In this document: positions 50,056 to 63,337 of the stretch, piece by piece
Numbering within the stretch: the first letter of the stretch is position 1
Layout: every line of letters begins with the position of its first letter
NCBI RefSeq assembly: GCF_009914755.1
Contig: NC_060930.1
Length of the DNA: 64,000 bases
From: the human T2T-CHM13v2.0 reference genome, Homo sapiens
Reading direction: 5' to 3' (one strand)
The notes under the pieces: model-generated
Told to the model about the DNA's origin: nothing
Database searches by the model: none
What the model saw: only the letters and a program-made list of their open reading frames with translations
Translations under genes and position numbers: made by a program

Positions 50056-50523
50056 AAGAATGTACTTCTTAAGTCCGCACATATTCATTAGTCAAGTGTT
50101 TATTGAGAACCTAGTATGGGCTGGGCACCGTGCCCAGTGCTGGAGAGAAAAGTCCTGGTTCTTTGATCAGCTTCCCGACCCAAAGTTCTGCTAAATAGTG
50201 TAACAGACATATGCCCAACTCTTCCAGGCAGGGGGTCAGCGAGAGAACTAGACAAGAAGCAGGGAAACCCACAGCCTCTCTGCATCGGTACGTCCAGTTA
50301 CCCTCAAGGCTGTTGTGGCCACAGTTTCCTTATCTGAAAAATGAGAATTGTGCTAGTGGGTGCCCAAGGTCCCATCCAGTCCCAGTATCCCCTGCCTTGT
50401 AGCCATTCATTCCATGAACAGTAAATACCTGCCAGGTACCATGCTGGACTATTTTGGAAATCCAAGCTTGTGCCATAGGGGAAAAGAGAAACTGTAAAAG
50501 TCACTGACTCAATCAATTTTTTA

Positions 50524-50836
<313 letters not shown>

Positions 50837-51819
50837 TATATATATATATATATATACACACACAGAAATAGGTGGTCTGTAGTGGAAGTTCAGATCAGTC
50901 CAGATGTTGCTCTGGAAGGCAGAAGGCTGCCTTTGCTTTTCTTCCCTCTCACTCCCTCTAACCATCGCATATTCTTTATAAAACCTGTGTGTGCACAGGC
51001 TTTGTGGTTAAGCAGAACACTCCCTGAAAGCTGGCTCCAAAATGCAGTAGCCACACTTTTTTTTTTTTTTTTTTTTTTTGTCTGAGAACAGTGGAAGCAC
51101 TTATCACTGTATCCACTACATGGAGACCTAACTACCTAAATATACCCATGCTGGACACTATGCCAACCTCATTAATATTCATGACCTGACCAAAGACCCA
51201 GGAGCTTTGAAGGAAAATCTGGGTGGTTGGTTTTAATCCTTCAAGAACTCAATTCACAGTTACTCTTAGCAGGAGCATGTAACTCATCAGGAAGCAAATG
51301 AAATGCACAGAATATATTTTATCATGTGGAGACGTGGAAAGTTTCTATATGTATATTTCTATACATATAATCTGATGTCAAAATTGTGTCATGATTCAAA
51401 AAACCATATTGCTCTAGAAATGAGATGAGCTGTCTATAGTGGAATTCTTTTTAGTTTTTATTTTTTAACTAATAGAGAAGTATTTTTAATGAATTATAAG
51501 AAAACCATAGTTTATTTGTAAAGAGAGTTGTAAGGATCTTTTATCTGCTCCAATCAGGAGACCAATTGATGAGATATTTTTGTTATAACTAAACTGTTAT
51601 ACTGATGGTACATTTGGGTATTGCAAATGATTAAGGTACATAACTATGTACTTTATAATGGAGGCTACCTTCTAATGTATAATGGAGGCTACCTTCTAAT
51701 TAGATGAAGTAAAAAAGATGAGATGTGGGGGGGTGGGGAATACATATATTTTCTCAGAGTTAGATTGCTGTTCAAAAATATTAAAATTCATGAGGTTTAG
51801 CATGCATTTATTCTGTTTT

Positions 51820-52415
51820 ACTTTTAAAAACTTGTTTATTAAAAAGTACACTAACCAAAAGTGATATTAGTGAATTATCACACGGTGCTCACATCTGTGT
51901 AACCACCTTCCGGGTCAAGAAATGGAACATTATCAATACCCAAGAAGTCCCCTTCTAGCCCCCTCTATCGTTGTCTGTTCTCCTCTCCCCAAAGGCAACC
52001 ACTATTCTCACCTCTAATGACAAAGGTTTCTTTTAACATCATATAATGGAATGATATAATATGTATTCTGTTTCATACGACTTCCTTTATTCAACATGAT
52101 GTTTTGGAAATTCAGTCAGTGTGCTATGCGCAGCTGCATTTCATTCACTTGATTGCTGTGTAATATTCCATCGTATGACTATACCACAATTTATTCATTG
52201 ATTCTACTATTCAGAGAGATTCGGCTTTGGTTACAGTCGGAGGTTGTTACAAATTGTGCTGGTATGAACATTCTGGCACATGTCTTCTGGTGCGTATCTC
52301 TGCATGGATTTCTGTTGGGTGGATACCCAGGAATGAAATTGCTGGGTCATAGGTTATACGAATGTTCAATTTTGAGAAATAATGCCAAATAGTTTTACAA
52401 AGTGGTTGTACAGCT
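51820..52415 (-). mobile_element. L1ME-type fragment
   Basis: GTAACCACC...GTCAAGAAATGGAACATT, TACCACAATTTATT, GAAATTGCTGGGTCATAGG. Confidence 0.75.
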
Positions 52416-53708
52416 TCATTTATTCTTGGCAGCCACTCTTTCTATTTCTGGCAAGGGAAAGTCGAGTGAGTAGGATTTTTAATGTCTTACAGGTTTCTTG
52501 GAACAAGTATCTTTTTACAAACACCATTTGAATGAGTAAGTTTAAAATACTATAATTAGGGGTTTCGAGATTAAATTACTTTCTATACGACAGACTTTTT
52601 AAAAAAAAGAAGTGCAAAAGTGCTTGGGGCAAAATACATTGGGGATTTCCTTGTTGCCAAAATAGCTGAAAAGGAATTCCAGATGCTAAGCTCAAATAAT
52701 TCACAGCTGGGCTGGACAACCTCTGACTTTCTTGTGTCATGGGGATTTCAATAAAACAAAATACTGAGAGAAGCTAGACTCACCACTATCAAGCAATGTC
52801 ACTCACTGGAGCTTAAGTAAATAAGCAAACATTTTTAATATAACCACAGTTCCCATAGTTCCACCAAGAAGTAGGACAGGTTTGAAGATTAAAAAAAAAA
52901 ATAAAAAGTAAACCTCCACAGTATCTAAGGTTGGAAGCTTCCTTCTTCTTGATATGAAACAAGCAATCGTAGTTGGAAATAGAGTGGGTAAGGTTTCCAA
53001 AGGATACTAAAATACCCACTGGGGCTGTTCCCTCCTCCACCAGAAACTTGATTTTTCCGTGTACGGCTGTATTTCTCACCCCTGTAAAGCTTTGAATTTA
53101 TTCTCTGACAAGATCGCGAGAGAATGGGCTCACCAGCGCCCCTTGGGTTACTTAACCTATTTCTTGCCAAGTTTAGTAAGGTCCCATGGTTAAGATACTT
53201 TTTTGTATGTACAAGTACAAAGTTAAACAGCCAGTTAAGAAAATTATCCTGATACCTCACATTAAAAACGGTTTTTAAGAGTCGTGATTAAAAGCGATAA
53301 AGTGTATTCACTCAGTGGGATACTAAGTAGCAATGAGAACGAATTAACTACAACTACTAGAGATGATAGACAAATCTCACAATCAGTGAAAGAAGCCAAA
53401 CACAAGAGAGTTCATACTGTGTGATTTCATTTATAGGAAACCAATTTATGGCGACATGGGTCAGAATCACATGCGAAACACAGGGCTGATTGGGAGGAGT
53501 TTTGAGCTTCCCTTCTGGGGTGCTAGTCGTGTTTTTTTCATCTGGATTATTAGTCACACGGGCGTATTTACTTTGTAATAGTTTGCCAAGGTGTGATGAT
53601 TGGTGCACTTTTCTGTTACATACATACGTATTTTAGACAATCTCCCTCTGTCCTCCAGGGTGGAGTACAATGGTGCGATCTCGGCTCTCTGCAATCTCCA
53701 TCTCCCAG

Positions 53709-55082
53709 CGTGTCCGGAATTAATGGGTTCTTGGTCTCACCGACTTCAAGAATGAAACTGCAGACTCTCGCGGTGTTAGAATTTTTGAAGTCGGTGTGTC
53801 TGGAGTTTTTTTCTGGTGGGTTTGTGATCAGGAGTGAAGCTGCAGACCTCTAAAGTATTACAGCTCTTAAGGCGGTACATCTGGAGTTAGCCCTTCCTCT
53901 CAGTGAGTTAGTGGTCTCGCTGGCTTCAGAAGTGAAGCTACAGACCTTCATGGTGAGTGTTAAAGATCATAAAGACAGTGTAGACCCAAAGAATGAGCAA
54001 TAACAAGATTTATTGCAAAAAGCAAAAGAACAAAGCTACCACAGGGTGGAAGCACACCAGAGCAGGTTACCGCTGCTGGCTCTGGCAGCCTGCTTTTATT
54101 CTCTTATCTGGCTCCACCCACATCCTGCTGATTGGTCCATTTTACAGAGAGCTGAGTGGTCTGTTTTAACAGGGTGCTGATTGGTGCATTTACAATCCCT
54201 GAGCTAGACACAAAAGTTCTTCATGTCTCCACTAGATTAGCTAGAGTATCCACACAAAGGTTCTCCAAGGCCCCACCAGAGTAGCTAGATACAGAGTGTT
54301 GATTGTTGCCTTCACAAACCCTGAGCTAGACACAAGGTGCTGATTGGTGTGTTTACAAACCTTGAGCTAGATACAGAGTGCCTATTGGTGTATTTACAAT
54401 CCCTTAGCTAGAGGTAAAGGTTCTCCAAATCCCCACCAGATTCAGGAGCCCAGCTGGCTTCACCTAGTGGATCCCCCACCAGGGTCGCAGGTGGAGCTGC
54501 CTGCCAGTCGCCCACCCTGCGCCCACACTCCTCAGCCCTTAGGTGGTCGATGGGACTGGGCGCCACGGAGCAGGGGGCGGCGCTCGTCAGGGAAGCTCGG
54601 GCCGCACAAGAGCCCACGGAGTGGCGGGAGGCTCAGGCATGGCGGGCTGCAGGTCCTGAGCCCTGCCCTGTGGGGAGGCAGCTAAGGCCCGGGGAGAAAT
54701 CCAGCGCAGCGCCAGTGGGCCGGCACTACTGGGCGACCCAGTACACCCTCCGCAGCCGCTGGCCCAGGTGCTAAACCCCTCACTGCCCGGGGCTTGCGGG
54801 CGGGCCGCTCCAAGTGCGGGGCCCGCTGAGCCCACGCCCACCCGGAACTCGCGCCGACCCGCAAGCACCGCGCGCAACCCCGGTTCCCGCTCGCGCCTCT
54901 CCGTCCACGCCTCCCAGCAAGCTGAGGGAGCCGGCTCCGGCCTTGGCCAGCCCAGAAAGGGGCTACCACAGTGTAGCGGTGGGCTGAAGGGCTCCTCAAG
55001 TGCCGCCAAAGTGGGAGCCCAGGCAGAGAAGGCGCCGAGCGAGCAAGGGCTGTGAGGACTGCCAGCATGCTGTCACCTCTCA
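53709..55082 (-). mobile_element. LTR12(C-like) solo LTR of ERV9, inserted in an AluS (Alu halves about 53630-53708 and 55083-55258)
   Basis: TGAGAGGTGACAGCATGCTGGC 5' end (minus); CpG-rich U3; CCAAT array 54130-54400; GATA and AATAAAA TATA-like box 54094-54109; polyA signal 54009-54014; 4-bp TSD CCAG/ACAG. Confidence 0.95.
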
Positions 55083-55860
55083 ACAGATTGAAGCGATTTT
55101 CCTGCCTCAGCCTCCTGAGTAGCTAATTTTTGTATTTTTAGTAGAAACCGAGTTTCGCCATGTTAGCCAGGCTGGTCTCCAACTCCTGACCTCAGGTGAT
55201 TTGCCTGCCTCGGCCTCTCAAGGTGCTGGGATTATAGGTGTGAACCACTGTGCCCGGACAGACTAGTATTCTAAAAAAATAAGATTGCTGTTTAGAGGAA
55301 GTGTGGTCTATTAGCATGATTTTTTTTTCCCAACAGTCTAGTAGCTTAAGATATTAAATAGCTCATTCCTTGCTCAGGAGCACAAAGCCTCCTCAGATCT
55401 TTAGCAAGAATGGTTACCGTTTTATGGCATAACAACTGTATATATTATGCTTTGTGTTAGGTCCAACACATAAATTGACTCCAGTCCTTACAACAGACAC
55501 TCAAAATAGCTGACGCTGTCCCTAGCTCTCAAATAAAAAAATAAAGTTGAGAGATGTTTAACCTTTGCCCAGAGGTAGGCAGCTAGCCAGCATCTGCTCC
55601 AAAGCCCAGGCTCCTTCCTGAAGTCCTAGAGGGACAAATTCCACTGTGAGGGCTCAGCGCTCTTTATTTCCGACTGCGAGGAACCTCCTGCACAAGCTCA
55701 ACATCCAGGACCATCTTGAAGGGAGCTGAACTCAGAAGGCCAAGCATGCGATGGCAATGTCTCATCTGATGACCAGTGGGGCAAAGGCTGCCTGCCTTAC
55801 TGGTGCTGCAGAGACCTTAGGTCTCCCTCTCTCCCAGGCTGGAGTATAGTGGCGTGATCT

Positions 55861-57121
55861 TGAGAGGTGACAACGTGCTAACAGCCCTCGCTCGCTCTCA
55901 GTGCCTTCTCGGCCTCGGCGTCCACTCTGGCAGCGCTCGAGGAGCCCTTCAGCCCACCGCTGCGCTGTGGGCGCTCCTCTCTGGGGCTAGCCGACACCGG
56001 ATCCGGCTCCCTTTGCTTGGGAGGAGGTATGGAGAGAGAGACGCCAGCGGGAACCGCGGCTGCGGGCGGCGCTTGTGAGCCGGCACCTACTGGGTTTGAT
56101 CAGAGGCTGGGTCCTGCGTGGATCTCCGTTCTCTCTTCACGGGGTCGCTAGCCACAATGGAGAGTCTCCGTCTGTTTCTCCTTTCTTTTCTTTCCCTCTT
56201 GGTTGTCTGGGACGAGCTCTCAGCTGCTGGAGTGCCTGGGCTAGGTGCCGCAAAGCTCCCTGGTGAGTACCAAAAAAAAGTGAAGCCAGCTGGGTTGGGA
56301 TGGGTGGGGACACGAAGAATTTTTCAGTGTAGCTAAAGGATTGTAAATGCACCAATCAGCACTCTGTGTCTAGCTAAAGGTTTGTAAACTCACCAATCAG
56401 TGCTCTGTGTCTAGCTAATCGGGTGGAGACTTGGAGAACTTTTGTGTCTAGCTAAAGGATTGTAAACGCACCAGTCAGCACTCTGGGTGTAGCTAAAGGT
56501 TTGTAAACACACCAATCAGCACTCTGTTAAAAATGGACCAATCGGCTCTCTGTAAAACAGACCAATCAGCTCTCTGTAAAATGGACCAATGAGCAGGATA
56601 TGGGTGGGGCCAGATAAGGGAATAAAAGCAGGCCACCCGACTCTAGGATGGGAAAAACCGCTGGGATACTGTTAGGCGGGTGGTGGAGGTTTCATCGTGT
56701 TGGTTTATTGTGTTTTTGGTCCGTGAGATTTGTGAGTTGTAACGTTTACTGGAAAAGTTTGTGGCTTGGGTTTTAAAGCTAGAAGATTATGAATTTGCTG
56801 GGAAAGAAAAAACTTTGGGCAGGTGGGCGTCAACAATTTAGGGTACGTCCATTTTCGAGTTGAAGCAATCACTGTGGAGGTCTGTAGCTTCACTCATGGA
56901 GGCTAGAACAGACTACAAACCCCCTGGGAAAAATAAACTTCACACGTGACACTTTCAAGGGTTGTACCACCGTGGAGATTTGTAGTTAAGTGATTACATG
57001 AACTTACCAGAAAGGAAAAAGTCTAGGCACACCATCGTTTAGAACTGTAACTCTCACCGTGAGGGTCTGTGGCTTCATTCTTTAAGTCGACAGGACCGAG
57101 AACCTGCTAATTCCAGACACG
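55861..57121 (+). mobile_element. Second LTR12-family solo LTR, inserted in a different Alu (halves about 55825-55860 and 57122-57345)
   Basis: TGAGAGGTGACAACGTGCT start; GCTAAAGG(A/T)TTGTAAA..CACCAATCAGC repeats 56330-56590; AGATAAGGGAATAAAAG promoter; ends TTCCAGACACG; 4-bp TSD ATCT. Confidence 0.92.
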
Positions 57122-58181
57122 ATCTGGGCGTGCTGCTGTTCTCTTCTTAGTTTAAGCAATTATCTGCCTCAGTAAGTAGCTGGGTTTAGAGGCATGTGTC
57201 ACCACAACTGGCTGGCTTTTGTATCTGTGGTAGAGATGGGGTTTGATCATGTTAGCTAAGCTGGTCTTGAACTCCTGACCTCAAGTGATCCACTCAACTC
57301 GGGCTTCTGAGTTATGACTACAGGCATGAGCCACTGCCTAGCCACTCCCCCCTCTTTTCTTTCACATCTAGTGGTGTATTTCTTTCCTCATTAGCTAAGG
57401 AGAGGCCTTTGGGCTCACCACAGCTGCTGGGCAAAGGGAAGTAGGCAGAGAGCGATTCGCTATGCAGAGTGGGTCAGTGAAGAGGCCACATTAGACCATG
57501 TCCATTCATAGAGGCAACTTCAACTCAGGACTACTCTAGCAATTGGATTCTGGTGAACCACAACCCTCTACCCAGGTGCTGTCCTCACATCCTAGAGCAA
57601 CTTGTTCTCTCCAAACCAAACACACCACGTCTTTCAAGAAGCCTTCCCGGCTACACAAGGCCCCAGGGCGCTCACTGGCGTTTTAGGGAGTCCCTTCCAC
57701 ATATACAATTCAATTTAATCTTTACCAGGTGCCAGTAAGTGCTGTGCGCTTTCTTCAGAGGAGGAAACCGAAATTTGGAGAGGTTGAGTGGTTCACAGAA
57801 GGCTAAAACAGAGATTGAAAGTCGGGTTTTGTTTTGTACCCATCCCGTGGCCCTATGACCTAACTCTCCCTTCTCTTACCCCCGCAGCTCCCTGTGTGAC
57901 TGTATCTTTGAATTGTCATAAAATCCTGTAATCATTGATTTGCATGACTCTCTGACTAGATGGTGAAAATTGGAAGCGTCTCCTTTGATTTTATATCCCA
58001 ATCCTTAAAGTCCTTGATAAATAGCACATGCTAGAAAAGGCTCCTGAAAGAACAAAAGGAAGAGCCATACCTATAATCCTGCATCTCTCTTAGCTGAACG
58101 TTAGGGACCATGCGATCTCTCCTGCCCTCCGTTTCTATATTTGTAAAAAGCATAGAAAAATGCTTCCCATTTCATGAGGCT

Positions 58182-58525
58182 GTTGTCTTAGTCCATGTTG
58201 CTATGAAAAAAATACCATAGACTGGGTGCTTTAACAAACGTTTATTTCTCACGGTTCTGGAGACTGAAAGACCAAGATCAAGGTGCTGGCAGATTTGATG
58301 TCTGGTGAGGGCTCTCTTCCTGGTCTGAGGATGGCCACCTTTTTGCCAAATCTTCACAGAGGAGAGAGAATGTTCTAGTGTCTCTTTGTCTTCTTAATCC
58401 TATGATGGGGGCTCCACTCTCATGACCTAATGTAAACCTAATGACCTCCCAAAGACCTCATTTCCAAATACTATCATATTGGGAGTAGGGCTTCAATATA
58501 TGAATTTGGAGGGGAACACACAGTT
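58182..58525 (-). mobile_element. MLT1A-type MaLR LTR within a MIR
   Basis: TGTCTTAGTCCATG...TTTATTTCTCACGGTTCTGGAGACTG...CTTCAATATATGAATTT. Confidence 0.8.
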
Positions 58526-59059
58526 GTTATAAAAATTAAATGGATTAAAATATGTTAAGCACTGGAGCAATACCTGGTACACGGTGAAATTAGCCAAGTC
58601 ACCTCAGCAGCTTACAGGCAAAGCCCCTGTGGGAATACAAAGGAAAGAATTCTCCCCTTTCTTGGATGCACACTGGACGTCAGATGCTGTGATTTACATG
58701 TGATCACCACTCGAACACTGTGTAGTAGTACCACTGTGGTATTACCAGTTCTATTACCTGTGTTTTATGGATGAGAAAGCAGAGGCTTCTAGAGGTGAGG
58801 AGACTCACCCAAAGCCACCCAGCTAATCAGTTGTGCAGCTGGGATGTGAACCCAGCTGTGTCTGCCTTCGAGCCCCGTGCTCTTAAACAACGGGCCCTAG
58901 GAAGGCTGACTAGGGGCACTGGGGATGGCTTCAAGGGTGAGAGAGTATTTGAGACAAATTTTGAAAATGAGTAAAAATTTTTAAGAGTGGAAATGTCTGC
59001 AGCCCTGATTTGGGCCCTTGATGTTCAGTACTGTGGTTTGGGCTCATTGCTTTGGCTGT

Positions 59060-59245
59060 GTCAGGGTTTCTCAGCCTCAACGCTTCACATTTGTCATGGA
59101 GGGCTGTCCTGCAGATCGCAGGATGTTTAACAGCATCCTTGGCCTCTACCCCCAGGCGCCAGTGGCATGCCACCCCTGCCACCAAAAATGTCTCCAAATT
59201 TTCCTCCTATGTGGGGCAGAACCCCCCGTGGCTGAGAACCACGGG
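59060..59245. mobile_element. MER20 hAT element
   Basis: CAGGGTTTCTCAGCCTC...GTTTAACAGCATCCTTGGCCTCTACCC...GAGAACCAC. Confidence 0.8.
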
Positions 59246-61280
59246 GCTGTGTGTATATGTGGTCTCTAGAGCTCAGTTGTCAGCAGCAGGAAGCCCAGGA
59301 GTATAATGTGCCTTTTTGTTTTCTCCAAATTGGCTAATAACCCAATTCCAGAAACAGACATTGCTCCATTAAATACTTGTTGAAATGGATTAAGTTGTCA
59401 TCATAGCCACCTCACACCTTTTAAAGTACCTCCTGTTTGTCCTTCAGCTCTCACCTCCAAGGTGCCCTCTTTAGAGATGCTTTCCCCAAATATGGACTGG
59501 CCAGGCACTCTTTTGTTACCTTCAGTGAAGAAGTGCTGCTGTATTATCTAGTTAGTTCCTCAAGCGCCAGGGCATGGTAGTGGAGTGGCACGCTTAGATA
59601 AGCCCTATACAGTATTCTAATTAAGGAAATGAAGGCTCAAGAGCCAATGCAGTATGTTCAAGATCACACAATAAATAAGGGACAGACTAAAGCCCAAGTC
59701 ACATGATAGTGGAGGAATCCCCTGGAGGGACAGGAGAGAGGATGCTGAGCAGAGCATCGAGTGGGTTGACATTTGGGGCAGGGTGTCTGTCACAGAAGAA
59801 CACTGGATTTAAGGTGGGAACTCTATCAGAAACCAGGGGCCAACATGGCAGAGGTAAGAGTAATGAGCATGATACCCCAAGAACACACTCGATCCCAACC
59901 TCAGCACAGGACTAACTAGGATGAAGGATTACACCCCATGGATAAGCCAGCTGGTGGGTCTGAGGATGCTAATGAACTTCTAGCCCAGGCTTAAGGGGTG
60001 CTGAGCTACAGGAGAGGAAAAGAGAATCTGGGTGAGGCTGAATTTGCCCCTTATGTGGGCCCCCATGAGCTGGTTTCCCAGTGTGCCACAGTCACTGGCC
60101 TCACTTGGGCAGACGTCAGTCATTCATTCAGGTACTCACATGGGTAATGGGCACCTACGGTCATCCTAGGTTCTATGATAGGCACAGAAGATAAAAGGTG
60201 CACACAACAGAGGGGGTCCCTATCTCTCAACCCTAATCTAATTATCACACAAATAAATGTTTAATTATGAACTGTGACAGGTGGTGGGAAGGAAAGGCAT
60301 AGCATGCCATGAGAACGTGGAACATTGCCTAGTCTGAGGGTAGGGGAAGTTTTCCGCAAGAAGGGGTAATTGAGTCAAGACCTGGAGAGTGACCGGGAGG
60401 TGGCTGTGTTAGAGTGTATGTTGTAGGTGGCCGTGGATGGCTCCAGGCCAAAGCGTGCAAAGACTGAGGCAGAACCGAATGCAGGGCCACAGCACACACA
60501 GTTAGTCAACATGTTGGAAACAGAAAACAAAGCTAATGCTCCATCCATTGTTCTAAATGGTGACAGCACCCTCTCCTAAAAGGACCAAAATAATGTACTA
60601 CCTTAAAAAGAGAGGCAGGCTGCCTTCATAGACAGGACTTCCCCAGGACGGTGGAATCTTGGTGGGGTTGTCAGTCCAGAGTTTGATTTGAGAACGTCCA
60701 AAAATCCAGTTTTTCCAGTTCATCTGATCAGTTAGATTCAGAGGATTGACTCACACTGACCAAAGTCACAGAAAACAGATGTATAAATCAAAATGCCTAT
60801 GTATAGTTTTGACACAGGAAATACGACTGCCTAGCAGATTGAAATATTCAGGTCTGTTGGTGAATGCATTCCTTTCCCTATGAAGCAATCTGTAGGGGAA
60901 TGCAAATGATGATCAAAAGGTTAATGTGTGAGTAAAGAATTGGAACAAGGGCTACTGGTCAAATAATCCAGCTATGGTCATTTTGATGTACCATTCTCCA
61001 CTAGAGGTAAGCATATGTCTGAACCCCAAATCAGAACACACGGCTTGACAAATTTAGCCTGATTTATGAGTGTCATTCATGCATTTAACTGTCATTATTG
61101 GGCCTTTTCTAACAAGTATAAATAATTAATATTTTGTTATATATTGAATAAACCACTATTATTAGAAAGAGTAAAATAACATGAAAAACACAATGTTCAG
61201 CAAAATATATATTTAATATTTGTGCCATCATTTGTATCCAACATTTATCTGTCCAAGTTGATACTTTGATTTTCTTTTAG

Positions 61281-61692
<412 letters not shown>

Positions 61693-61697
61693 TGATT

Positions 61698-62297
<600 letters not shown>

Positions 62298-63337
62298 TTA
62301 CTAAGTTTCAAAGAGCTATTTACAGTTTCACTGGTGATGGAAGACATTTGCAATCCTCAGCACTGTCCATCAGACCTAGAAGCAATGACAATTCAGCAGC
62401 AATGAGCAACTCTAGCACCAGATATGATTTCTAAATACTACTTCTTACTAAAAAGACACCAGGGACCCTTGGGAAAACATCTGAGTCATGATCTGGGACA
62501 GGAGTTTTTCGATATAAGGCTAGAACATCTTATTGTGCCCCAAAGCAAAGGCACTGTGAAAGAATCCTGGGATGATGGCAAAAGAATGCAGAGGCTAACT
62601 TGAAGGGGTTCTCTCTGGCCATAGTTGAGTCAGTTTTATGGAAAAAGATAATAGAGTGAAACCATCAAGTATCTAAAAATCCAATAGTTCACATAATGAT
62701 AATTTAAAAACAAATCCATGGTCACCTATGGAGATTGTAAGGGCACCAACTGCTGACAGGCTGATAAATAAAAGGAAAGGATTTTATCCTGCCTTTTTCT
62801 GTATAAACTGTATTTCAGTATAACTGAGTAGTTGATATGAGAAATTTCTTCTTTATAGAAGGATCACAGCTAAGAAAAAGAAATGACAGAACTAGAAAAT
62901 TATCATTTTCAAGTCCTTATTGAATTAATGGATTCTGGCAATGAACTGCAATGGCTGCAAAAACCATTAGATAATAGGTTGATGAGGATCTTTATTATGG
63001 ATGGATCAGGCTGAGAACACCTAGCACTAACCCATCAGCTTAAACCTGTAAAGGTAGAAAAATCAGACATCATATTTTTCCTGATATGTTACAATCAGAA
63101 TGAATACCAAACCACCTTTAAGTCTTACCAAAATGAACCTAAATCAAACCAAGGTCTATCTATCTGTTCATAAGAAATACAGGGATAGAGAAACAAGTTA
63201 AATGACACCAGGAGAATACAACCAGTGAAATCTGGAATGTGGGAATTTCTGTAGGACAAGTGACCCAGTTTCTCTGATGAATGAATGGCATAAAAAGGGC
63301 GTGATAGTGGGGGAATGTAAAAGACTTAAGAAGCATA

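Noticed and set aside
51056-51300. Poly-T run followed by unique sequence, a possible minus-strand retrocopy
   Set aside because: No polyA signal at the expected distance, no TSD and no ORF homology seen.
54408-55083. Overlapping 70-140 aa ORFs
   Set aside because: Derived from the GC-rich LTR12 U3 region.
56330-56590. Repeat-spacer-like array resembling CRISPR
   Set aside because: Tandem CCAAT enhancer repeats of LTR12 with no unique spacers; eukaryotic context and no cas genes.
56650-57120. APOBEC3 editing during reverse transcription as the cause of LTR12 divergence
   Set aside because: Polarity is C>T on the sense strand rather than G>A, and the divergence extends into the flanking host Alu.
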